NCBI GenBank assembly: GCA_958296135.2
Contig: CATQHZ020000001.1
Span: forward strand, 4,160,001-4,224,000
Reading direction: 5' to 3'
Length of the DNA: 64,000 nt
From: an uncultured Poribacteria bacterium
Lineage (GTDB): Bacteria; Poribacteria; WGA-4E; WGA-3G
Made by a program: the position numbers and the translations under genes. This document shows positions 29,022 through 37,519 of the stretch, piece by piece. The notes under the pieces were generated by a model, which was not told the origin of the DNA, did no database searches, and saw only the letters and a program-made list of their open reading frames with translations. Numbering within the stretch: the stretch's first letter is position 1; every line of letters starts with the position of its first letter.

Positions 29022-30347
29022 ATGGAAGTTGTTCCACTACTCCCTTATCTTATCAGTTTAGTCGTTTTGCTGGTGCTCTCCGGGTTTTTCTCGGGCTCGG
29101 AAACGGCGTTATGCGCGCTAACTCGCGTGCAAACCGAGCGGCTCCGCCTCAAAAAACGCGGCGCGAACGCGATTGTAAACTTCGTTGACAACCCCCGCCG
29201 GTTGTTTATTACTGTGCTACTCGGCAACAACTTAGTGAACGTCGCGTTTGCTATCCTCATGCTATGGGTTGTCAGGCGCGTGTTCCCAGCACCGCAATAC
29301 ACCGAAGTCATCCAACTCGCCGCGGCGACAACGTTCAGCGTGCTCCTGATGCTGATTTTCGGGGAATTGGCACCCAAAACGTTTGCGATTAAATACGCCG
29401 AGCCCTTTGCATCTTGGACAGCAAAGCCGCTGTGGGTGTTCTCCATTGTGATTACGCCGGTGCGCGCTGTCCTGCGCCGGATTATTGACTTCCTCGCGCC
29501 CATCTTCGGCGGAAACTTCGCACCGAGGGAACAGTTGACTGCAACAGATTTTCAAAACATCGTTGACACCTATCACGAAGAAGCACTACCCCCGGATGAA
29601 CGCGAAATCGTCAGCAATATCCTGCAATTACGCGCCATTGAGGCGAAAGAAATCATGGTGCCACGAACCGAAGTCGTCGCCGTGCCTACCACCGAGTCAA
29701 TTCAAGATACCTTAACCCGCGCAAAGGCATCCGGTTTCTCACGCATCCCTGTCTATCAAGAACAGATTGACAATATCTGCGGCATCTTCTACGTGAAAGA
29801 TCTGCCGCAGTGGCGACACTTGGAACTTGCGTCTCTCACGATTGAGGCGTTTCTCGCAATACGGGAAGCGCAGCCAGCCGCACCCAGCGCACCGCTCATT
29901 CGCGAACCAATCCGGGTCCTTGAAACAAGGAAAATCGGGATGGTGCTACCGCAGCTGGCGCGCGAAAAAACCAAAATGGCGATTCTCCTCGATGAATACG
30001 GCGGTGTCTCAGGCATTGTCACCACCGAAGACATCGTTGAACAGGTTGTCGGCGACATCGTTGATGAACATGACATCCCCGCCGAATCTCGCTATATCCA
30101 ACACTCCGAAGAACCGCTGGCACTGGAGACTTCCGGACGCGTGAGCGTCCGTGAAATCAACCAACAGTTCGGATTAAAACTGAGCGAAGAAGGAGCCGAC
30201 ACTATCGGCGGCTATGCATTCGGACTCTTCGGCCGCGTCCCATCCGTCGGTGAATCCTCCGTTGACAACAACGGACTCACTTTTGAAATTGTCGCGACAG
30301 AGGGAAACCTCATCACGCTGCTGTTTATCCGGGCCACCGGTGCCTAG
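29022..30347 (+). CDS. CNNM/CorC (hemolysin-family) CBS-domain membrane protein
   Basis: FFSGSETAL, LLGNNLVN, GELAPK, IMVPRTE, FSRIPVY, DEYGG.SGIVT.EDIVE. Confidence 0.92.
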   Translation: MEVVPLLPYLISLVVLLVLSGFFSGSETALCALTRVQTERLRLKKRGANAIVNFVDNPRRLFITVLLGNNLVNVAFAILMLWVVRRVFPAPQYTEVIQLAAATTFSVLLMLIFGELAPKTFAIKYAEPFASWTAKPLWVFSIVITPVRAVLRRIIDFLAPIFGGNFAPREQLTATDFQNIVDTYHEEALPPDEREIVSNILQLRAIEAKEIMVPRTEVVAVPTTESIQDTLTRAKASGFSRIPVYQEQIDNICGIFYVKDLPQWRHLELASLTIEAFLAIREAQPAAPSAPLIREPIRVLETRKIGMVLPQLAREKTKMAILLDEYGGVSGIVTTEDIVEQVVGDIVDEHDIPAESRYIQHSEEPLALETSGRVSVREINQQFGLKLSEEGADTIGGYAFGLFGRVPSVGESSVDNNGLTFEIVATEGNLITLLFIRATGA

Positions 30348-30354
30348 GCGCGCA

Positions 30355-31695
30355 ATGTATCGCATAGAGGAAACATTGAAGTTACTGCTCTTATCCCTTT
30401 TTTTAATAGGCGCAGGAGGTTCAGCACAACTGGCCGTGCTCGCCTCGTTCGCTATCGTAATACTGATTTGTCTCGCACTGTCAGCCTTCTACTCTGGTTC
30501 AGAAACGGCACTCGTCTCTGTCAATAAAATGCGGATAAACCAACGTGTTGACACCGGCGATGCCAAGGCGAAAATCGTACACCGACTCATTGAATCGCCA
30601 GACAAGATGCTGGCACTCACGCTCGTCGGCACAAACCTTGCCAACGTCCTCATCGCCCAATTCGGAGAACGGCTGACGGCGGGCGCACTGCCGAACCTCA
30701 CCGAAAGCCTACAAGGACTCATCGCCACGGTGGGCATCACTACCCTGCTCCTCATCTTTGGTGAGATTTTACCAAAAACCATTTTTCGTGTCAAGGCCGA
30801 GAGCTTGGCACTGCGATATGCTTATCCCTTGCGGCTCTCTGAACTGATACTAGCCCCGATTATTTCACTTGTGCAAACGGCATCGCGCCTCATCGTCAAA
30901 CTGATAGACAGAGGGACGAGCGCGCCAAGCCCCGATGCACAGCGCGAAGAACTCCGCTTGTTAGCCACGATGGGCGAACGCTCCGGCAACCTCCTCACCG
31001 ATCAGCGGCGGATGATTCACAGCCTGTTGGACCTGCAGCATCGCACAGTTGCACAAGTAATGGTGCCACTCGTGGACATCGTCGCAACAGAAAAAAGCAC
31101 GACGTATGAGGAATTTTTGCAAATCGCCGCCGATGCAGGCTGCTCGCGAATTCCTGTTTATGAAGAACAAAGCCATAACTTCGTCGGGATTGTCCACCTC
31201 CTGGATGTCATCTATGCGGATAGCCAACCCGACACGATTGAACCGTTTATCCGCACCGATTTGCACTTTGTCCCCGAATCGAAGAACATTAACGCGCTCC
31301 TCAAAGAGATTCAGGAAAGCCAGCATACGATGGTATTCGCTGTTGACGAATACGGGGGCATCGTCGGGCTCGCGACTGTCGAAGATTTGGTTGAAGAAAT
31401 CATCGGCGAATTCGCCGATGAACGCGACGGCCCAGATTTCATCCATCGCATTACCCCGCGCATCCTTGAGTGCGACGGCAGAGCCGAAGTCGATATACTG
31501 ATAGAACACTACGGGCTACCTATTCCCGAAGGTGACTATGAGACAGTCGCCGGCTATATCCTGGGGCGGACTGGCACAATCCCCAAAACGGGGACAGAAC
31601 TGGAGTTGGAAGATGCTGTCATCACCATTACCGATGCGGATGCGCGGGCCATCCGAAAAATTCGCATTCGGCGGCGACTGGGACGTTTCTCATAG
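30355..31695 (+). CDS. Second CNNM/CorC CBS-domain membrane protein
   Basis: FYSGSETAL, GTNLAN, GEILPK, SRIPVY, VDEYGG..GL.TVEDLVEEIIGE. Start is 30355 (ATG) or 30376 (TTG with GAGG RBS). Confidence 0.9.
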   Translation: MYRIEETLKLLLLSLFLIGAGGSAQLAVLASFAIVILICLALSAFYSGSETALVSVNKMRINQRVDTGDAKAKIVHRLIESPDKMLALTLVGTNLANVLIAQFGERLTAGALPNLTESLQGLIATVGITTLLLIFGEILPKTIFRVKAESLALRYAYPLRLSELILAPIISLVQTASRLIVKLIDRGTSAPSPDAQREELRLLATMGERSGNLLTDQRRMIHSLLDLQHRTVAQVMVPLVDIVATEKSTTYEEFLQIAADAGCSRIPVYEEQSHNFVGIVHLLDVIYADSQPDTIEPFIRTDLHFVPESKNINALLKEIQESQHTMVFAVDEYGGIVGLATVEDLVEEIIGEFADERDGPDFIHRITPRILECDGRAEVDILIEHYGLPIPEGDYETVAGYILGRTGTIPKTGTELELEDAVITITDADARAIRKIRIRRRLGRFS

Positions 31696-31778
31696 GGAGC
31701 CGCCCAACAATGGACTTAGACGAAATTAATCTGATGCGTCTCGTTTCTGTAGGTGGAGATTCGCCGGAGCGGGCGCCG

Positions 31779-32519
31779 CTATAAAATCCCAAGCGGCGGC
31801 ATGACGACAATTTCATCTGTCACCATCCCCAACGGCTGGCGGCAGACAGACACCACCGCTTCCGCGACATGCTCCGGTTTCAGCATCTGCTCAAAGTCTG
31901 GATGCACCGAAATTTCATCCCAAAACGAAGTATGCACCGAGCCGGGTAACACAGCCGTAACCCGGATGTTATGCTGACGGCCTTCCTTGGCTAATACCTT
32001 TGTGAACGCCAGCGCGCCCGCCTTCGCGGCGCAATACGCGCTGGACGCGGGGAAAGACTCCCGCGCCGCAATGGAAAGCACGTTGATAATTTGTCCACTG
32101 CCTTGCGCGAACATCGATGGAAGCGCGTGCTTCGCGCAGAGAAAGACACTCTTTAAATTGGAATCAAGGACGCTGTCCCAATCCTCCGGGGCGAAATCCA
32201 CCACAGGACCGAAACGGCCGCTGCCCGCGTTGTTCACCAAAATATCCACGCGCTGATACGTCTCCAGCGTCCGTTGGAAGAGCCGCGCCACAGCGTCTAC
32301 CTGCGTGACATCAGTAGGAACGGCTATCGCCGCAACACCTTCCTGTCGGAACGCCGCAGCGACGTTCTCAACATCGTCAGGGGTGCGCGCGGCGAGAACC
32401 AGCTTCGCGCCTGCCTCAGCGAAAGCGAACGCTGTCGCCTTGCCGATGCCTCGCGATGCACCGGTAATGACTGCAACCTTTCCCGCAAGCGTTTCTACCT
32501 CTATAGCTGGGTATCTCAT
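31779..32519 (-). CDS. Short-chain dehydrogenase/reductase
   Basis: TGASRGIG, LVNNAG, catalytic YCAAK. Confidence 0.92.
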   Translation of the reverse strand: MRYPAIEVETLAGKVAVITGASRGIGKATAFAFAEAGAKLVLAARTPDDVENVAAAFRQEGVAAIAVPTDVTQVDAVARLFQRTLETYQRVDILVNNAGSGRFGPVVDFAPEDWDSVLDSNLKSVFLCAKHALPSMFAQGSGQIINVLSIAARESFPASSAYCAAKAGALAFTKVLAKEGRQHNIRVTAVLPGSVHTSFWDEISVHPDFEQMLKPEHVAEAVVSVCRQPLGMVTDEIVVMPPLGIL

Positions 32520-32554
32520 GAGCGAGTGCCTCCTAGCGCGCCGCTTGTCCTGCG

Positions 32555-33136
32555 CTACGTGCTATTTTGGATGCATTTCAGAAATTCGGAGCGAGTGGAA
32601 TTGTTCTCCCGAAAGATGCCGCGCATGACATTCGTCGTCATCTTCGGTGCCTGCTTCTCAACGCCGCGCGCCATCATGCACAGGTGTTGCCCTTCCATGA
32701 CGACAGCGACACCTTGCGGCTCCAAGGCGGTTTCCAAGGCCTCGGCAATCTCGCGGGTGAGCCGCTCCTGCACCTGCAACCGTCGTGAAAACATATCCAC
32801 GATGCGCGGAATCTTACTCAACCCGATAATCCGTTGCCGCGGAATATAACCGACGTGACACCGCCCCCAAAACGGGAGGATGTGGTGCTCGCAAAGACTG
32901 TAAAACTCGATGTCTTTGACAATCACCATCTCGTCGTAGTCCTCGTTAAATACCGCGTTGTTCAAGATTTTGTCAATGTCTTGATGGTAGCCGCTCGTCA
33001 AAAATTGCATCGCTTTCGCGGCGCGGTGCGGCGTTTTCACTAAGCCTTGGCGGCCCGGGTCTTCACCCAGATTCTCTAGCATCCGCGTGAAGAGCCCTTC
33101 TAATTCAACAGTCTCGTTACGCTGTTTATTTTTCAT
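32555..33136 (-). CDS. folE: GTP cyclohydrolase I
   Basis: [41 protein letters not shown]. Confidence 0.97.
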   Translation of the reverse strand: MKNKQRNETVELEGLFTRMLENLGEDPGRQGLVKTPHRAAKAMQFLTSGYHQDIDKILNNAVFNEDYDEMVIVKDIEFYSLCEHHILPFWGRCHVGYIPRQRIIGLSKIPRIVDMFSRRLQVQERLTREIAEALETALEPQGVAVVMEGQHLCMMARGVEKQAPKMTTNVMRGIFRENNSTRSEFLKCIQNST

Positions 33137-33197
33137 ACCTATAGGCGTAGCATTGGCACACACACCCGCGCTACGCAAGCAAAATGCGTCTCCATCT

Positions 33198-34025
33198 CTA
33201 TTCACCGTAATAGTCAAAATGATTTTTCGGCGTCTCGCGCAAACGGATACGGTGTAAGGACACCGGTGCTACCGCCGGTGCCAGCGCATCCCACAACACC
33301 TTCACGAAGTTCTCCGACGTGGGGTTCAGCGTCTCGAACTCTGGCGTATCCAGATTGAGATGCCTGTGATCAAACCGTGCATAGACTCGGGTTGCCACCG
33401 CTTCGTCCAGCAGATGCAGCCCCGCGACGAGCCCCGTTTTCGCATCGACATCGCCCTTTACGGTGACTTCAAGGACGTAATTGTGGCCATGCCCCGCCGG
33501 ATTGTTGCACTTCCCGAAGATATCGCGGTTTGCCGCGTCGCTAAGGACGTGGCTGTGCAGACGATGCGCAGCACTAAACTCGTAGACTTTGGTTAGGTAA
33601 ACCATCTGTCCTTCTCCATAATAGTCGGCGAATTGCGTTGTCGCCGAATACAGGCGCACCCGATGCAGCAAGCCGCCCGGCAGAGACGAAGCCAGCCGCC
33701 CCCAAATCTCAATCGCGATGTTTTCGTTCGACGGTTGCAGATGCGGGTTGCGTGAGAACACCGGATGCTGAAGGTTCAAATGCCGATGATCATAGTGTGC
33801 AAGCACTTCTGCCTTCAACAATGCGTCTAACGTCACCAAATTGATAACCATCCCGTTGTCCGCATCGAGTTCCCCTTTCAGCATCACCTCAAGCACGTAG
33901 TTGTGGCCGTGGCTATTCGGGTTCGCGGCGGCACCGAAGAGCGCGAAATTCTCCGCGTCGCTCCATTCCGGGATGCGATTGTAGTGCGAGGCTTCAAAAG
34001 CAGTCTGCCGGGTTAAGTAATACAT
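33198..34025 (-). CDS. Tandem-domain 6-pyruvoyltetrahydropterin synthase/QueD-family protein
   Basis: Two T-fold repeats, each with F.A.H, HGHNY.LEV, DHRHLN and P.EN; directly upstream of folE. Confidence 0.88.
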   Translation of the reverse strand: MYYLTRQTAFEASHYNRIPEWSDAENFALFGAAANPNSHGHNYVLEVMLKGELDADNGMVINLVTLDALLKAEVLAHYDHRHLNLQHPVFSRNPHLQPSNENIAIEIWGRLASSLPGGLLHRVRLYSATTQFADYYGEGQMVYLTKVYEFSAAHRLHSHVLSDAANRDIFGKCNNPAGHGHNYVLEVTVKGDVDAKTGLVAGLHLLDEAVATRVYARFDHRHLNLDTPEFETLNPTSENFVKVLWDALAPAVAPVSLHRIRLRETPKNHFDYYGE

Positions 34026-34058
34026 ATCTTCAAAGGAATCACGCGCGGGAAAGCCCTC

Positions 34059-34343
34059 CTACCGCGGTAGTGCTATCAATTCGTCTCCAGCCGACTCATA
34101 TTGCACCGACATGAGCCATTCGCCGCTACCGCGCAGCTGCACGTTGCAGCCTTTTAGCCATGCAATCAAGAGTGTCCGGTCGCGCGCTTCCCACTCGCAG
34201 ACCATCCGTCCGGAGAGTGTATCGCAAAGCACTCGGATGTTCTTGACATCCGCGGTCGCCTCTTCACGGAACCGCTTCAGCAATCGCGCGACATCTTGGC
34301 GCGTCATGCAGGCGATGGCATGTGTCGTGATAAATTTCGGCAT
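34059..34343 (-). CDS. Small DUF4242-like protein
   Basis: MPKFI..H N-terminus and GRMVCEWEA motif; sits in a tight operon. Confidence 0.55.
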   Translation of the reverse strand: MPKFITTHAIACMTRQDVARLLKRFREEATADVKNIRVLCDTLSGRMVCEWEARDRTLLIAWLKGCNVQLRGSGEWLMSVQYESAGDELIALPR

Positions 34344-34374
34344 AAGTCAAATCCGGTCCATCCTGATTCCGTTT

Positions 34375-35223
34375 TTAGTCGCGGGCGATGGGCGCGCCGA
34401 CAAGATTGCCCCACTCCGTCCAGCTGCCATCGTAGTTGCGCACCTTCTCATAACCGAGCAGATACTTCAGCACAAACCACGTATGCGATGAACGTTCACC
34501 GATGCGGCAGTAAGCGATAGTCTCCTTGTCCGCGTCAACGCCTGCGCCGCCGTAGATTTCCTGCAGTTCGTCGTGAGATTTAAAGGTGCCGTCTTCGGCG
34601 ACAGCGGTTGCCCACGGGATGTTCGCCGCGCCGGGGATATGTCCGCCGCGCTGCGCTGTCTCGTTCATGCCGGGCGGCGCGATGACTTCGCCTGAAAATT
34701 CTGCCGGCGACCGGACATCCACGAGGTGAATCACACCCTGCTCCAACGTCGGCAGGATGTTGTCCTTCGTCGCGCGCACGTTATCGTCAGGAAATTTCGC
34801 CCGATACCCGGTGCTCGGATAAGAGGGAACCGCGGTGACGAGGGCTCTGCCTTCATCTATCCATTTTTGGCGGCCGCCGTTCATCACCTTGAGTAGGCTT
34901 TCGTCATGCCCATAGTAACGGAATTGCCACAACGCGTAAGTCGCGAACCAGTTGTTATTGTCGCCATAAAAGACGACGGTGGTATCGTTGCCGATGCCGC
35001 TGTCGTTGCAGAGTGTCTCAAACTGCTCTTTCGTGAGAATGTCGCGCCGAACCTGGTCGCAGAGCTGCGTCTGCCAGTTGAGCCCGACTGCACCGGCGAT
35101 ATGTCCTTCGGCGTAAGCAGACGTATCGACATCCACTTCAAGCAGGCGGATGCCGGCATCGCCGCCGTGTTGTGCTACCCACTCCGTGCTTACCAAGACA
35201 TCGGGGTTTGCGTAATTTGCCAT
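34375..35223 (-). CDS. Tandem rhodanese sulfurtransferase (CysA/SseA-like)
   Basis: LVSTEWV, GHI.GA, LVDVRSP.EF.G, active site YCRIGERSS, YDGSWTEWG. Confidence 0.95.
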   Translation of the reverse strand: MANYANPDVLVSTEWVAQHGGDAGIRLLEVDVDTSAYAEGHIAGAVGLNWQTQLCDQVRRDILTKEQFETLCNDSGIGNDTTVVFYGDNNNWFATYALWQFRYYGHDESLLKVMNGGRQKWIDEGRALVTAVPSYPSTGYRAKFPDDNVRATKDNILPTLEQGVIHLVDVRSPAEFSGEVIAPPGMNETAQRGGHIPGAANIPWATAVAEDGTFKSHDELQEIYGGAGVDADKETIAYCRIGERSSHTWFVLKYLLGYEKVRNYDGSWTEWGNLVGAPIARD

Positions 35224-35254
35224 TTCTGTTTTAAGTCTCCTTTGTTGTTACTAT

Positions 35255-35283
35255 ATTATACTTTGCTCACAGCAGTTTGTCAA
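35255..35283 (-). promoter_or_regulatory. Consensus sigma70 promoter of the sulfurtransferase-pterin operon
   Basis: Perfect TTGACA-N17-TATAAT, followed by AAGGAG RBS and ATG 35223. Confidence 0.75.
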
Positions 35284-35377
35284 CTACCGGAGGCGTTTTT
35301 CGTTTGTCCCGGTAGGCGAGCCCTCCCGGGCTTGATACCCATTGAAGGCCCCGCCTCACTGGGATGTTCACAATACC

Positions 35378-36958
35378 TCATAACCTATTCGTCGTCTTCG
35401 GTGCGGTTTTCGGGACGCGCTCCGCATCCTCATCCGCGAGTGCCGCCGCAGGAATATAGTTGCTGTAATCCGATATATTCCCGTGCGTCACGGCGTAAAC
35501 GACAATGTTGATGAGTTGCCGCGCTGCTGCAGGCGCGAATTCGTCTAACACCTTATTCCGGTCTTGATAGTGACCGAAGAAAGGTTTCTGCACCGCGCCA
35601 TCCATCACGTGTATCATCGCCTCGGTGTCTACGAGAACAGCCAGCCGCCCGTCAATGAAAACGCCTTGCAACTGGCTATACGCTCCATGATGGAGAAGGG
35701 TGCGTCCGATCTTCCGCACAGGAAAACGGAGCGGGCCGTTCAATTCATAGAAACTGTCGTAGAGCTCGTGGTCGCGGGGGATAACCGTGAGGTGGTATTC
35801 CGGCAAAATTTGCCGTAAGACACGCCGCGCCGGACGCATTGCGTCCTCCGTATTGCCGTGCGTCGGCATATAGATAAACCCACCGCGATTGATAACGTAT
35901 TCACGGATGCGCTGCGCCTCCCGCTCGGTATACCCTTTGGTAGCACGCGCACTCTGCGTATCCCAGATAGCGTCGCTGAGACCAAGCGTGTTACTCTGAA
36001 GGACCGAACCAGAGACCGGCTCCATGAAGATAATCGGCGATTCAAAGAACGCCGCATCGGTAATTTGAACTGCGTCAACAAGTTGAGTGTGAACGCCGGT
36101 TTGCGCGTTCAACGCCTTGACTAAATAGGGCAGACCTGCCCCAAATCGGAGATGTCCGATACCGCTGCCTCATATATCAAGGTTCGGGTGCAGCGGATCA
36201 TCGAGCCGGACGAGGTTGAGCCGCCCCAGTATCTCCTTGCCACGGCCTTGGATAATAGCCCCCGGTGTGCCCTTCGGGAGCGGCGGCACACTGTTACCGA
36301 GGACAATGTTCTCCGTAACGTCTGCCAAGGCGGCATTCATATTTGCAACGCCAGCCCCTCCGACGAGCGAGTCCAATCCGGAATGGCTTTTCCCGCGGCC
36401 TTGACTAACTCCACCGGCGGAGCCGAAAGCCCCGCGCCCGGTGCCAGCATCCGCACCGCCGCCATCTCCACCACTGAGTGCTGCTGTGAGGGAACTCCCC
36501 TGACTCAAGCCTGCGGAAATCGGCGCATCCGATTCTATCGCCAGGTCTGCCGCCGTTGAGAGCGGCTGTGTCGTGTCTGGCCGAATAGGCGCTGCGCCGG
36601 CAACGTTCACCTGCTCACGCTTGGGGGCTGCCGGCCTGTCGGCTATCACCGGCATCGTAGATACCGATTTCAGAGACGATGTCGCCTCCCGCGCAACGGT
36701 TTCCGAACGACGCGAAGTCGGCTCAGATTCCCGCGCCACTTGCCAATTGACCACGGGCGTAGGCGCAACAAACGGCTCCGGGGCATTCAACTCCCGCAAC
36801 TTCGCCTTCGGCGGCGTGACGGTGAAGAAACTGACATCGATGGTGTCCCTTGGCATCTGATATTTGACAGTGAGCGCAATATACGCTACGGCGACCGCGA
36901 GGCACACGTGCGCCACCAGCGATAGCGTCAATGCCAAATGTATACGACGCGATTTCAT
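35378..36958 (-). CDS. Membrane-anchored DUF4159-like protein with one in-frame TGA (candidate selenoprotein, 526 aa, U263)
   Basis: Track ORFs 36170-36973 and 35378-36112 share a frame, with TGA 36172-36170 the only stop between them (..NLDI*GSGIGHLRFGAGLPYLVKALNAQTG..). The C-terminus carries DUF4159-like motifs (REYV..GGFIY, IP.DHELY.SFY, L.G.FIDGRLAV, NIVVYA). GGAGG RBS before ATG 36958. Confidence 0.7.
36126..36160 (-). promoter_or_regulatory. Candidate bacterial SECIS element
   Basis: Two hairpins follow the TGA: AUCGGA-CAUC-UCCGAU, then UGGGGCA-GGUC-UGCCCUA. The apical GCAGGUCUGC matches the top of the E. coli fdhF SECIS. Confidence 0.6.
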
Positions 36959-37015
36959 GATACCTACCTCCATTTCTTATGAAAGGTTAGAACATTACAA
37001 TCTTTATTATCTTAT

Positions 37016-37044
37016 ATCTTACCTGTTTTTCACATATTTGTCAA
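37016..37044 (-). promoter_or_regulatory. Sigma70-type promoter for the TGA-containing gene
   Basis: TTGACA-N17-TAAGAT. Confidence 0.55.
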
Positions 37045-37519
37045 GTTTTTTATGCAAAATCCCAGAACGATTCGTTTTCGGTGTTTGATGTCATCCGTGA
37101 AAATCAACACCGGACCGCGCTCTGTAGGGCAGTCCCGCCTGCTCTTGACCTGTTCGGGCTCGGGCACTCCCGAACGACAGAAAGAGGATAACTAAATCGT
37201 CCTGGGGATTCAATGAGCCCAGTGGAGAAAAAAGTGCAAATAGTGTAAGGTGTAAAATGAATGCACGATGCAATGTTTTGACAGACTCATTAGGTGCCGG
37301 ATATAGGCTCGGTTTCTAGCCGCGCGCCTCGGCCCCGGTAGGCGCGGTTTCCAACCGCGCACTTTGTAGAACGCGCTTCCACTGCGCTCCTACCGATTCG
37401 GCACCGGCCCTAAATAACGGTTGATGCTCAACTACAGCGGCGCGCATCCCAAGACGCACCCGCGACAACTAATACGGTGCGCGCTTACAACGCGTGCCTA
37501 CCGATGAGGAGACAAATTC

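Noticed and set aside
29022-31695. Tandem 'hemolysin' genes as virulence factors
   Set aside because: Paired CNNM/CorC genes are common and linked to Mg2+ transport.
31710-31784. 24-aa ORF after the second CNNM gene
   Set aside because: Too short, it runs into the convergent SDR stop, and it has no supporting motif.
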